Positions 14,458 to 25,500 of a DNA stretch of 37,183 nucleotides are shown here, piece after piece (the stretch's first letter is position 1; every line of letters starts with the position of its first letter). Both the position numbers and the translations under genes were made by a program. Under the pieces are notes generated by a model, which ran no database searches, was not told the origin of the DNA, and saw nothing but the letters and a program-made list of their open reading frames with translations. The DNA lies in the NCBI GenBank assembly GCA_964441595.1, contig CAYTXM010000002.1, positions 1 through 37,183 of the forward strand. The letters are read 5' to 3'. The DNA comes from an uncultured Candidatus Saccharibacteria bacterium (lineage in GTDB: Bacteria > Patescibacteriota > Minisyncoccia > UBA6257).

Positions 14458-14995
14458 AAATTATCTTCTTATTGGCTTAGGAAATCCTGATAAAAAATAC
14501 GAAAAAAACCGACATAATATCGGCTCTGATTTTGTTATGTTTTTAGAAAAAGAGTGGCGAGGTTCTGGCTGGGAAAAAAACAAAAAGCGCTTTGCTGAAA
14601 TAAGTTATGTTGATTTAAAAAATAAAAGAATTATCTTGGCAAAACCATTGGTATTTATGAATAATTCGGGAAAGAGTATACTCCAGCTTAAAAAATTCTA
14701 TAATGTACCGCTAAAAAATATATTTGTTGCGCAAGATGACGCTGATATAAGTCTGGGGAATTTTAAAATAAGCTATAATCGTGGCTCAGCAGGACACAAT
14801 GGCATTAAATCTATTATTAATTACCTCAAATCAAAAGCTTTTTATAGAATACGAATAGGCATTAGGCCTTTTTCCAAAAAAAGAGAAAAAGCTGATAAAT
14901 TGGTCCTCAAAAATTTTACTCTGCAAGAAAATAAAATTTTAGAAGAGCTTTTTCCAATTATATTGGAAAAGATAAATGACACAATAGAAAACTAA
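14450..14995 (+). CDS. pth: Peptidyl-tRNA hydrolase
   Basis: 181 aa. LLIGLGNPDKKYEKNRHNIG and DDADISLG...GSAGHNG motifs. Overlaps the LCP stop by 8 nt. Confidence 0.9.
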   Translation: MNKNYLLIGLGNPDKKYEKNRHNIGSDFVMFLEKEWRGSGWEKNKKRFAEISYVDLKNKRIILAKPLVFMNNSGKSILQLKKFYNVPLKNIFVAQDDADISLGNFKISYNRGSAGHNGIKSIINYLKSKAFYRIRIGIRPFSKKREKADKLVLKNFTLQENKILEELFPIILEKINDTIEN

Positions 14996-15586
14996 AATAC
15001 TAAGTATTCCTAGCGCTAAAGTACTCATGGAAAGATAGCTTAGAAGCAGAAAAAATTCTAAATTGACGAGAATCAAAACCAAAAATGATAGTAGAAAATC
15101 TGATTGTAAAGTCCCGGTAGAAAAAAAATAAAAATAAGAAAAACCTATCAATCCTAAAGTGTAAACTAAAAATCCAATCCAAAAAGGATAATTAAGAAAA
15201 AAATAAAGGCCGTAAGAAATAATTATCCAAAACGAAAAAAGATAATAAAATAAAATTTCCTGCCAATACTTTTCTTTAGGCAACGGAACAAACAGTTTCT
15301 TCCAAAAAAGACCTAAAAATATTAAAATAAAACCAATTACCCAAAGAGGTTTTACAAAAAAAACTAAAATATTGGCTTCAAGAGAGACTAAAAAAAGAAA
15401 TATAAAATTAAACCAGGAAAGACCTAAAAATGTTTTCCATAAGAAAATTAATAGAAAACAAATAAAAAAAGCTTGAAAAAAAGGCAAGGAAAAAAGAGTG
15501 CTGCCAATCAGACAAATACTGTAAACCAAAAAAAAGAGAAACTTTCTAATCCCGATTAAAGAAAAAAAATCTTTTAACTTTTGCAT
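14939..15586 (-). CDS. Hypothetical polytopic membrane protein, Phe-rich with about 7-8 TM segments
   Basis: 215 aa, almost entirely hydrophobic segments. I recognise no family motif. Its last 57 nt overlap the pth 3' end on the opposite strand, and its start overlaps the clpB stop. Confidence 0.55.
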   Translation of the reverse strand: MQKLKDFFSLIGIRKFLFFLVYSICLIGSTLFSLPFFQAFFICFLLIFLWKTFLGLSWFNFIFLFLVSLEANILVFFVKPLWVIGFILIFLGLFWKKLFVPLPKEKYWQEILFYYLFSFWIIISYGLYFFLNYPFWIGFLVYTLGLIGFSYFYFFSTGTLQSDFLLSFLVLILVNLEFFLLLSYLSMSTLALGILSILVFYCVIYLFQYNWKKLF

Positions 15587-18207
15587 AAATTCAAAGTATT
15601 TTTCTCTAAGGAAACAATAATTTTGTCTCCTTCTTTTATTTTACCTTTAATAATTTCATCAGCTAAAGGATCAAGAGCTTCTTTTTCAATAAGCCTTTTT
15701 AATGGTCGCGCGCCATAATCAGGATTATATCCTTTTTGAGCTAAATATTTTTTTGCCTCTTTCTTTAATTTTAAAACAATCCCCTTATTAACCAACCGAC
15801 GATTAATTATACTTATTTGCAAATCTACAATCTTTTCTATACTTTGAATGCTTAAAGGATTAAAAATAACAATTTCATCAACGCGATTAAGAAATTCTGG
15901 ACGGAATTTTTCCCTTAAAGCGTCATGAATTTTAGCTTTTAATTCCTCCCTTTGTTGTTCTGCCTTATTCTTTTTGTTAATAACAAATCCCAATGAAGCC
16001 ATTTCTTGTAAATATTCCCCGCCTAAATTAGAAGTCATTATAATAATGGTGTTCTTAAAATTCACTGCCCGTCCTTTGCCATCAGTAAGACGACCATTAT
16101 CTAATATCTGAAGAAGAATATTAAACACCTCTGGATGGGCTTTTTCTATTTCATCAAATAAAATCAAACTATATGGGCGATGTTTTATTGCTTCTGTTAA
16201 TTGACCTCCTTTTTCATAACCAACATACCCGGGAGGGGAACCAATTAAACGAGCAACACTATGTTTTTCCATATACTCGGACATGTCTATGCGAATCATT
16301 GCCTTTTCATTAGAAAACATAAATTCTGCCAAAGCTCTGGCAAGTTCTGTTTTTCCCACTCCTGTTGGCCCTAAAAACATAAAAGAACCGATTGGTCTGT
16401 CTTCCTCGGATATTCCCGCGCGAGCTCTCCTAATAGCTCTGCTTACCGCAAAAATAGCTTCCTTTTGCCCAACAACTCTTTTATTTAAATCTTTTTCCAT
16501 TCTTACTAATTTTTTGCTTTCCTCTTCAAGCATTCTTGTTACAGGAATTCCAGTCCATTTAGAAACTATACGGGCAATGTCTTCAGATGTTACCTCATCT
16601 TTTAAAAATCTTTCTTCTTCGGAAATTTTACTTAAAGTTTTTCCATTAGATTTCAATGTTTTTCTTAATTGAGGAATTTTGCCATAAATTATTTCCGCAA
16701 CTTTATCTAACTGCCCTGTTCTTTCAAGTTCTTGCGCATTTTTTTCCAATTGTTCAATTTCTTTTTTAATGGCGCTGACTTCGTTAAATATTCCTTTTTC
16801 ATTCTGCCATTTCTTCTTTATCTCATTATATTCTTGCTTTAGTTTTTTTAACTCGGCTTCAATCTTTCTTCTGTTTTGTGTTATTTTTTTACCTTCTCTT
16901 TTTTCTTTTTTATGCGCTTCTTTCTGCAACTCCAAAGATTTTATTTTTGCCCCTAATTCAGAAATGGGCAAAGGGACACTGCCGATTTCCAAACTCATTG
17001 ATGAAGCTGCTTCATCAATTAAATCTATAGCTTTATCAGGCAAAAAACGGGACATAATATAGCGACTTGATAATTGTACCGCCATTATGATTGCTTCATC
17101 AGATATTTTTAATCCATGATGAGCTTCATACTTTGATTTTAATCCCCGTAAAATTTCAACTGCTTCTTCAATTGTAGGTTCTTCCACTAGTACTGGTTGA
17201 AACCGCCTTTCTAAAGCTGGATCTTTTTCAATATATTCACGATAATCTTTAAAAGTTGCTGCTCCAATAGCCCGTAATTCACCTCTGGCTAATGGGGGTT
17301 TTAATAAATTAGAAGCGTCAATAGCTCCTTCAGCCGCTCCTGCCCCCACCAATGTATGAATTTCATCAATAAAAATAATAATATTACCGGCCTTTTTTAT
17401 TTCCTTAAGAAGATTTTTTAATCGTTCTTCAAACTCTCCCCTAAAACGAGTTCCTGCTATGAGGGCTCCTAAATCGAGTGATATAATTTTTTTATTAATC
17501 AAACTTTCTGGAACTTCAGAAGAAGCAATGCGTTGAGCCAATCCCTCTACAATAGCGGTCTTCCCAACCCCTGCTTCACCCATTAATATTGGGTTGTTTT
17601 TTGTCCTGCGTGATAATATCTGCATAACCCGCCGTAATTCTTCTTCTCTTCCTATTACTGGATCTAATTTATTCTCTTTTGCTAATTGAGTAAGGTCTTG
17701 CGTATATTTTTCTATAGCGCTAACGCCAACTTCTTGAAATTCATCGGTAATTTTTTCACCATTTGTATAATTACGAAGCGCTTCTAAATATTCTTCCTTG
17801 TTGATGTTAAATTCGTTTATTAACGCTCGCGCGGAATTTTTAGAAGCAAGTATGCCATAAAATAAATATTCTGGAGAAATAAATTCATTTTTTCCCTCCA
17901 TCGCTTTTTTAGCCGTAACTTCTATAATTTGCAACATTTCCTGAGAAAGATACATCGGGCCAAAACCCTTACCAACAGAAAAAATGCGAGGTAATTTAAT
18001 AATTTCCTCTAATATCTTCTTTAAAAAATTTTCTACATTAACTTTTAATTCTTTTTCTAATATCCCTCTTGGGCCAGAATCTTCTTCATCCAATAAAACA
18101 TATAAAAGATGGGAGGCACGCATCTCTCCCTGATTTCTTTCCATAGCCATTTGCTGAGCTCTTTCAATGGCTGCCTGAGCTTTTGCTGTAAATCTTCCTA
18201 AAGGCAT
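15574..18207 (-). CDS. clpB: ClpB-type AAA+ disaggregase: N-domain, D1, long M-domain and D2
   Basis: 877 aa. Two Walker A boxes ([16 protein letters not shown]), Walker B LFIDEIH and [11 protein letters not shown], a ClpB-type M-domain (…[17 protein letters not shown]…) and GARPLKR sensor 2. The D2 loop carries SLGF (codons 15993-15985). Confidence 0.9.
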   Translation of the reverse strand: MPLGRFTAKAQAAIERAQQMAMERNQGEMRASHLLYVLLDEEDSGPRGILEKELKVNVENFLKKILEEIIKLPRIFSVGKGFGPMYLSQEMLQIIEVTAKKAMEGKNEFISPEYLFYGILASKNSARALINEFNINKEEYLEALRNYTNGEKITDEFQEVGVSAIEKYTQDLTQLAKENKLDPVIGREEELRRVMQILSRRTKNNPILMGEAGVGKTAIVEGLAQRIASSEVPESLINKKIISLDLGALIAGTRFRGEFEERLKNLLKEIKKAGNIIIFIDEIHTLVGAGAAEGAIDASNLLKPPLARGELRAIGAATFKDYREYIEKDPALERRFQPVLVEEPTIEEAVEILRGLKSKYEAHHGLKISDEAIIMAVQLSSRYIMSRFLPDKAIDLIDEAASSMSLEIGSVPLPISELGAKIKSLELQKEAHKKEKREGKKITQNRRKIEAELKKLKQEYNEIKKKWQNEKGIFNEVSAIKKEIEQLEKNAQELERTGQLDKVAEIIYGKIPQLRKTLKSNGKTLSKISEEERFLKDEVTSEDIARIVSKWTGIPVTRMLEEESKKLVRMEKDLNKRVVGQKEAIFAVSRAIRRARAGISEEDRPIGSFMFLGPTGVGKTELARALAEFMFSNEKAMIRIDMSEYMEKHSVARLIGSPPGYVGYEKGGQLTEAIKHRPYSLILFDEIEKAHPEVFNILLQILDNGRLTDGKGRAVNFKNTIIIMTSNLGGEYLQEMASLGFVINKKNKAEQQREELKAKIHDALREKFRPEFLNRVDEIVIFNPLSIQSIEKIVDLQISIINRRLVNKGIVLKLKKEAKKYLAQKGYNPDYGARPLKRLIEKEALDPLADEIIKGKIKEGDKIIVSLEKNTLNLCKS

Positions 18208-18234
18208 TGTAATAAATTAAATATTAAAAATTAT

Positions 18235-18260
18235 CTGTAAAATACAGTATATAGTATATA
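18235..18260 (-). promoter_or_regulatory. Inverted plus direct repeats upstream of clpB, a possible operator
   Basis: On the plus strand, CTGTA-AAA-TACAG lies at 18235-18247 and GTATATA x2 at 18247-18260. These sit 28-53 nt upstream of the clpB ATG. No match to CIRCE, CtsR or LexA consensus. Confidence 0.2.
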
Positions 18261-18270
18261 ATAATTTGCG

Positions 18271-18963
18271 CTATTTTCCAAAACGACGACTGCGCCTCTG
18301 AAACTCTTTAATAGCCAAATCAAATTGTTTTTTAGTAAAATCCGGCCAACAAATTTTCGGAAAATATAGTTCTGCATAAGTGCCTTGAAAAGGTAAAAAA
18401 TTAGATAAACGCATTTCTCCTGAAGTTCTAATAATAAAATCCGCGTCTGGTAATCCCGCAGTGTCTAAATGGTGCATTATTACTTTCTCGTTTATCTTTT
18501 CAGAACATATCTTCTTTTTTATAATTTTTCTTATAGCTCTTACCATTTCGTCCCTGCCTCCATAATTAAGAGCAATATTTAAAACCATCTTTTTATTATC
18601 CTTGGTCAATTTCTGCGCTTCTTTTATTTCTTTTTGAAGGTCTTTTGGTAATTCTTTTAATCCGCCAATGTGGCGAAATTGAATTCCTTTTTTCTTAAAA
18701 TCATAGGCATATTTTCTGGAGAATTTAATAAACAAATCCATCAAATAATCCACTTCTTTTTTTGACCTATCCCAATTTTCTGTAGAAAAACCATATAAAG
18801 TCAATGTTTTGATACCTCGTTTAGCAGCATAATCAATAATCTCCACCACCCTTTCTATACCTTTTTTATGACCTAAAAAAGCAGGAAGTTTTTTCTTCCT
18901 GGCCCAACGACGATTGCCGTCTATCATAATACCAATATGCTTAGGTAAAAATTCTTTTTTCAT
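18271..18963 (-). CDS. uppS: Undecaprenyl diphosphate synthase (cis-prenyltransferase)
   Basis: 230 aa. HIGIMIDGNRRWA, FSTENW and IRTSGE.RLSNFL motifs. Confidence 0.9.
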   Translation of the reverse strand: MKKEFLPKHIGIMIDGNRRWARKKKLPAFLGHKKGIERVVEIIDYAAKRGIKTLTLYGFSTENWDRSKKEVDYLMDLFIKFSRKYAYDFKKKGIQFRHIGGLKELPKDLQKEIKEAQKLTKDNKKMVLNIALNYGGRDEMVRAIRKIIKKKICSEKINEKVIMHHLDTAGLPDADFIIRTSGEMRLSNFLPFQGTYAELYFPKICWPDFTKKQFDLAIKEFQRRSRRFGK

Positions 18964-18976
18964 TTTCTCTATAATA

Positions 18977-21900
18977 TTACTCCCTAAAGCCTGTACCAGC
19001 AGGAATCAATCTGCCAATAATAACATTTTCTTTGAGTCCTTTTAGATAATCTTTCTTTCCTTCAACGGCAGCTCTAATTAATACTCTTGATGTTTCCTGG
19101 AAAGACGCAGCTGAAAGCAAACTGTCAGAACTTAACGCAACATTTTTAATTCCCATAAGTATTTCGCCTGCCTTAGGTACTTCTTTCTTCAAGCTTTTTA
19201 ATCTATCCACTTCTTCTTGAAAAGATCTTTTAGACACAACTTCACCTGGAATAAACTCGCTATCACCGCTATATGTAACCTTTGATTGAGAAAACATTTG
19301 TTTAATAATTATCTCAAAATGCTTATCATTAATATTTTCACCGGCAATATCATACACTTTCTTTATCTCCGCCAATATATATTCCTGACAAGCATCTTTC
19401 CCTGAAACCTTGAAAAGCTTTTTAAGATTAATATGCCCTTCACAAAGCTGATTACCTTTTTTTATCTCTTCCCCGTTTTTAACCCACAAAGTTACTGCTT
19501 CGGGAACAACATATTCAAGCACACGAGCTTTTTTATCGTTTGGTTTTATTCTGATAAACTTTTGATGGTTTATTTTTTTTATTTCAATAACTTCTCCATC
19601 TGCTTCGCTTATAGGCGCCTCACCTTTAGGTATTCTTGCTTCAAAGATTTCTTCTACTCTTGGCAGACCTTGGGTAATATCAATGGCTTGAGCTACTCCT
19701 CCTGTATGGAATGTTCTTAAAGTTAATTGGGTTCCTGGCTCTCCAATTGACTGCGCAGCCACAACACCGACTGCTTCTCCTAAATCAATGGGTTTTCTCC
19801 ATGCTAAATCAAGCCCATAGCATTTCTGACAAATTCCATTTAGACTTTCACAAGTAATTGGAGAACGAATTAATATTTCTTCAGCAGAAGAATCTACTAT
19901 TTTTTTATCTAATATTTTATCTATTAACTCTCCTTTTTTAGCTATAATTTTTCCTTTTTTATCAACAACATTATCGCCTAAAATTCTTCCAAAAATCTTC
20001 TTTGATAAATCCGAGTTTTGTTCTTTAACTTTTTTTCTACTAATAACCAAACTTTTTTTTGTTTTACAATCTTTTTCTCTAATGAGAACATCTTGGGCAA
20101 CATCTACTAATCTTCTGGTAAGATACCCTGCAAAAGAGGTCTTTAAAGCAGTATCAGCTAACCCCTTTCTTCCGCCATGCGAAGCGGCAAAATATTCCAA
20201 AACATTAAACCCTTCCTGATGGCAAGACAAAATAGGCATTTCAATCAATTCTCCAAGAGGATTAACCACTAATCCTTTCATGCCCATAATTTGCGCGGCT
20301 ACTGCCCAGTTTCCTTTTGCTCCTGAATCAAAAAACATATAAACAGAATCATCGGGATTTAAAATCTTTAAGACTAGCCCGGATATTTGATCAACAGCAT
20401 GTCTCCATTGTGTCTCTGTTAAAATTTTCTTCTCCTGCTTAGTTAAAAGCCCTTCTTCGTATTGAGTGGTAATTTCTTCAACTTTTTTAGATGTTTCCTC
20501 TAAAATCTCTTTCTTCTTTGATGGTACCCTGATATCAGTAAGCCCCCAAGACACACCTGATAAAGTCGAATAATCAAAACCTAACTTTTTTATACTATTT
20601 AAAATTTCAGCGCTTTTATTAAAATCATTGAAATAATGAATAATATCTTTAGTAATACCTTTTATGTCCTTGCTCTTTAATTGTTTATTTATAAACGAAA
20701 AGTCTTCTGGCAAAATTTCGTTAAAAATAATTCTCCCTACGGTAGTACTAATTAATTTATTGCTTTCTTTTGAAACACGCACTTTTATTTTTTCCTGAAG
20801 CCCAATTTTTTTATATTCATAAGCTAATAATGCGTCATTCTCATCACTAAAAATTCTCTCATCTTTTTCATCAGCTGCTTCCATTGTTAACCAATAAATA
20901 CCCGCCACCATTTCATGACGAGGTAACATAGCAGGTTCTCCATTGGATGGCTTCAGTAATCCTAAGGTTGACAACATTCTATTTTCACTTTCCCTCTGGG
21001 CTTCTTCGGACAAAGGAACATGAACCGCCATTTGATCTCCATCAAAATCAGCGTTAAAAGGCGGAGTTACTAAAGCGGGAATTTGAATGGCTAATCCTTC
21101 AATTAATTTTGGTCGAAAAGCTTCAATACTTAAACGATGAAGCGTAGGTGCTCTATTTAAAAGAACATATTTATTCTTCACTATGTTTTCTAAAATCTCC
21201 CATATAACATCGGATCCTTCTTCAATCAAATGGTTTGCTGCGCGGGGATTAAAAACAATTTCTCTTTTTATTAACTCCCCAGCCACAAATGGCTTGAATA
21301 ATTCCAACGCCATTTTCTTTGGCAATCCACATTCGTGAATTTTCAGTTCAGGACCAATAACAATTACTGAACGGCCTGAATAATCCACTCTTTTCCCTAA
21401 AAGATTTTGACGAAAACGCCCTTGTTTACCTTGTAAAATATCAGCTAAAGAACGCAACGGACGATGTTGGGCTGAGTGCATAGGAGTAGCGCCAGAACCT
21501 TTTCTTATAGAATTATCAATTAAAGCGTCCACTGCTTCTTGCAGCATTCTTTTTTCATTTTTTATAATAACTTCAGGTGCTCTAAGTTCTAATAATTTTT
21601 TTAAACGATTATTGCGATTAATAACACGCCGGTAAAGATCATTTAAATCTGATGTAGCAAATTTTCCTCCATCCAATTCAACCATTGGACGCAAATCAGG
21701 AGGAAGTACAGGAAGCACAGTTAAAAACATCCACTCTGGACGTGTCTTTGATTTTAAAAATCCTTTCGCCAATTTAAGGCGATTAAGAACTTTTTTATCA
21801 ACATTCTTTAAGTGGGACTTTTTATCAATTTCTTTTTCTAACTCACTAACCAACTTCTTAAGATCTATTTGTTCCAAGAATTTTCTTACTGGCTCACTTC

Positions 21901-22564
21901 CTGTTTCTGCTGTAAAAACTTCACCATATTTTTTTGAAAGGTTTAAATAATCAATTTCAGAAAAAATAGCTTTTGGTTTTATCACATCTAGTCCTATTCG
22001 CGCCTGACTGCGTGATTTTGTTAAATCCCTTTTTTTGTCTTTAGGCCATGTTTTTGATTTAACTTTATATTCAACTTCTATTTCATCTAAAGCTCTTTTT
22101 TTTGCAGCTTCGTCTACAGAGGTAACAATATAGCTATTATAATAAATAACTCTTTCTAAAGCAGCCATTGGAACATCAAGCGCCAAAGCAATTCGTGAAG
22201 GGATGCTACGCAAAAACCAAATATGAACCACCGGCGTAGCTAATTTAATATGACCCATTCTTTCTCTTCGAATAAAAGAACGAGTTATTTCCACTCCGCA
22301 ACGATCACAAACAATTCCTTTGTAGTGAGCGCCTTTATACTTTCCGCAAGGACATTCGTAATCCTTTACAGGCCCAAATATTTGCTCGGAAAAAAGACCT
22401 TCTTTCTCTGGTTTTTGAGTTCGATAATTGATTGTTTCAGCTTTAGTAATTTCTCCATACGACTTATTCCCTTCTATATATGACCAAGATAAAATCTCCT
22501 CTGGAGAGGCAATTTTTAAACCAAGAGCTTCAAAATTACTAACCTTTTTTTCTATGTCTTTCAT
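18977..22564 (-). CDS. rpoC: DNA-directed RNA polymerase beta' subunit
   Basis: 1195 aa. Zn finger CPCGKYKG...CDRCGVE, catalytic NADFDGDQM, and trigger-loop and bridge-helix regions. Confidence 0.95.
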   Translation of the reverse strand: MKDIEKKVSNFEALGLKIASPEEILSWSYIEGNKSYGEITKAETINYRTQKPEKEGLFSEQIFGPVKDYECPCGKYKGAHYKGIVCDRCGVEITRSFIRRERMGHIKLATPVVHIWFLRSIPSRIALALDVPMAALERVIYYNSYIVTSVDEAAKKRALDEIEVEYKVKSKTWPKDKKRDLTKSRSQARIGLDVIKPKAIFSEIDYLNLSKKYGEVFTAETGSEPVRKFLEQIDLKKLVSELEKEIDKKSHLKNVDKKVLNRLKLAKGFLKSKTRPEWMFLTVLPVLPPDLRPMVELDGGKFATSDLNDLYRRVINRNNRLKKLLELRAPEVIIKNEKRMLQEAVDALIDNSIRKGSGATPMHSAQHRPLRSLADILQGKQGRFRQNLLGKRVDYSGRSVIVIGPELKIHECGLPKKMALELFKPFVAGELIKREIVFNPRAANHLIEEGSDVIWEILENIVKNKYVLLNRAPTLHRLSIEAFRPKLIEGLAIQIPALVTPPFNADFDGDQMAVHVPLSEEAQRESENRMLSTLGLLKPSNGEPAMLPRHEMVAGIYWLTMEAADEKDERIFSDENDALLAYEYKKIGLQEKIKVRVSKESNKLISTTVGRIIFNEILPEDFSFINKQLKSKDIKGITKDIIHYFNDFNKSAEILNSIKKLGFDYSTLSGVSWGLTDIRVPSKKKEILEETSKKVEEITTQYEEGLLTKQEKKILTETQWRHAVDQISGLVLKILNPDDSVYMFFDSGAKGNWAVAAQIMGMKGLVVNPLGELIEMPILSCHQEGFNVLEYFAASHGGRKGLADTALKTSFAGYLTRRLVDVAQDVLIREKDCKTKKSLVISRKKVKEQNSDLSKKIFGRILGDNVVDKKGKIIAKKGELIDKILDKKIVDSSAEEILIRSPITCESLNGICQKCYGLDLAWRKPIDLGEAVGVVAAQSIGEPGTQLTLRTFHTGGVAQAIDITQGLPRVEEIFEARIPKGEAPISEADGEVIEIKKINHQKFIRIKPNDKKARVLEYVVPEAVTLWVKNGEEIKKGNQLCEGHINLKKLFKVSGKDACQEYILAEIKKVYDIAGENINDKHFEIIIKQMFSQSKVTYSGDSEFIPGEVVSKRSFQEEVDRLKSLKKEVPKAGEILMGIKNVALSSDSLLSAASFQETSRVLIRAAVEGKKDYLKGLKENVIIGRLIPAGTGFRE

Positions 22565-22589
22565 CGTAAACTACTTAATTACTAATTAT

Positions 22590-25500
22590 TTAGTTATCTT
22601 GACTTTTTTCTTCTTCACTTTTCGCTCCAATTAAATTCACTGATAAAGATAATGATTGTAATTCTTTAAGAATTACGTTAAAAGCAGCCGGAATATTCGG
22701 GTTTTTGATTTTCTCTCCGGTAATTATGGCTTCATAAGCTGACCCCCTGCCAAATACATCGTCAGATTTTATTGTAATCATTTCCTGAAGCGAATATGCT
22801 GCTCCATATCCTTCTAATGCCCAAACTTCCATTTCACCAAATCTCTGGCCCCCAAGATGAGCTCTGCCACCTAAAGGTTGCTGAGTGATTAAAGAATACG
22901 GACCAATTGATCTCATATGGACTTTGTCTTTTACCATATGCTCTAACTTCATTATATACATTATTCCTACTGCCACGTTTTTATGAAATTTTTCGCCAGT
23001 TTTACCATTATATAAAGGAATCTTTCCATCTTCTGGCAGTCCAGCTTTTACAAGTTCTTTTTTTACATCTTCTTCAGTGGCTCCATCCAAAGATGGAGTA
23101 ACAGCCCTATATCCTAATTTCCGAGCTGCCAAACCTAAATGATTTTCAAAAACCTGCCCTAAATTCATTCTACTGCCAATTCCTAAAGGATTTAGAACAA
23201 CATCAACTGGGGTTCCATCTTCTAAATAAGGCATATCTTCTTCAGGAACAATAACAGATATCACCCCTTTATTTCCGTGTCGTCCAGATAATTTATCTCC
23301 CGCCATAGTTTTTCTTAGCTCTGCAATTTCCACGCTTATACTTTTTATAACACCAACATTTAATTTATCTCCTTCTTTACGAGAAAGAATTTTTGTTTTA
23401 ACAACTCTACCTTGTCGAGATGGCTGAAGAGTTAAAGACGTATCTTTTATATCTTTCATCTGCTCTCCAAAAATAGCTTGTAGCAATCTTTCTTCAGGAG
23501 TTAATTCCGCTTTTCCTTTTGGTGAAATCTTCCCAACCAAAATATCTCCCCCTTTTACCTCAGCCCCTATCATTACTATCCCATCTTCATCTAAATTCTT
23601 TAATTTATTTTCAGAAACATTAGGTATATCACGAGTAGTACTTTCCTGACCTAATTTAGTTTCCACCACATCACAAGTAAATTCTTCTAAATAAACGGAA
23701 GTAAAATAATCATTTTTTAAAACTCGTTCTGAAAGAACAATCGCATCTTCATAATTAGCTCCAAAAAATGGCATAAAAGCAACTAATAAATTTTGCCCTA
23801 AAGCTAAAACTCCATTTTCTGTAGCTGCTCCATCTGCCAATAAGGTTCCTTTTTTTACAATATCTCCTTTATTTACAACTGGTTTTTGCATCAACCAACT
23901 ATTCTTATTGCTACGACCAAAATTAATTAATTCGTAAGTTTTATTTTTCTTTTCATTTGTTTTTACAACAATATGATTTGCATCCACTTCAATAACTTCT
24001 CCATAAATATCACTAATCAAACATTGGCCAGATTCAAAAGCGATTTTTTCCTCCATACCAGTGCCAACTAACGGAGCTTTTGGCCTCAAGCAGGGAACAC
24101 CCTGCCTTTGCATATTTGCTCCCATTAGAGCTCTATTAGATTCGTCATGCTCCAAAAATGGTATTAAGCTGACAGCAACAGAAATAATTTGCTGGCAAGA
24201 AACATCAATTAATTCAACTTCTTTGTTATGAATTAAAGTTGGTTCTCCATTCACCCTTGCCCCTACTAATTCTTCTTTTATTTTTCCATTTTCATCAACA
24301 TTAACAGTACCGTGGGCAATTTTATACTTTAATTCATCAAAAGCGTTAAACCAGATTATTTCGTTAGTAAGTTTTGAATTCTTTACTTTAATATAAGGTG
24401 TTTCAATAAAACCAAATTCATTTAATCGCGCGTAAAGAGATAAAGAAAGAACCAGACCGATATTTTGCCCTTCAGGAGTCTGGATAGGGCACAAGCGTCC
24501 GTAATGACTGGTGTGAATATCTCTAACTTCCAATCCCGCTCTTTCTCTTACTAATCCGCCTGGACCCATACAAGTAATTTTTCTTTTATGCTCTAATTCT
24601 GAAAGCATATTCATTTGTTCCATAAACTGACAAAGTTGGGAAACATTAAAAAATTCCCGCAGCACAGCTACTAATTGTCGGGGATTTATTAATTGGGCAG
24701 GAACTAATGTTTCAGGATCCAAAGTCGCCATTCTATCTTGTATTGTCCGACGCATACGCATTAATCCAACCCTAAATCTCTCTGTTAAAATTTCCCCAAC
24801 CGCTTTTACCCTCCTATTTCCTAAATGATCAATATCATCATCAATAGCTTCCAGGTCATTATTTAATTTAATAATTTCTTTAACAATCGCCACTAAATCA
24901 TTTAACGTTAAACTCCTTTCATCAAAGGAAGTATCAAGTTCAAGCCGTTGATTAAATTTATACCTTCCAACTTTAGCTAAATCATACCTATCAGATCGGA
25001 AAAACATATTATTAATTAAATCATAAGCATTATCAAAAGTGGCTAACTCTCCGGGCCGTAAGTGGTGATAAATTTCAACGTAACCTTCTTCCTGGTTAGT
25101 AGACGTATCTTTCTTTAAAGTACTTTCAATATATTTAACAGAAGATTTTTTTTCTTCAGCTTTAAACGCTTTTTTTATATCATCATTTGTCTTTAAACCA
25201 AAAATCCTAAGCAAGGCGCTTATTGGCACTTTCCTTTTTCTGTCTATTTTTACGCTAATAACTCCATCGTTATCAGTTTCAAATTCTAACCAAGCCCCGT
25301 GATAAGGAATAAGTTTTGCACCAAATAACCTTCGCCCCCTAAAATTCACAGAAGAAAAATATACTCCTGGAGAACGATTGATTTGGGAAATAACAACTTT
25401 TTCTACACCATTAATAATAAAGGTTCCCCGTAAAGTCATGAGGGGAATTTCACCAAAATAAACTTCTTGTTTTCTTTCAACGCCTGTCTTTTTATGGATT

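Noticed and set aside
18235-18247. CTGT...ACAG upstream of clpB as a LexA/SOS box
   Set aside because: The spacing is CTGT-N5-ACAG rather than CTGT-N8-ACAG, and clpB is not an expected SOS gene.
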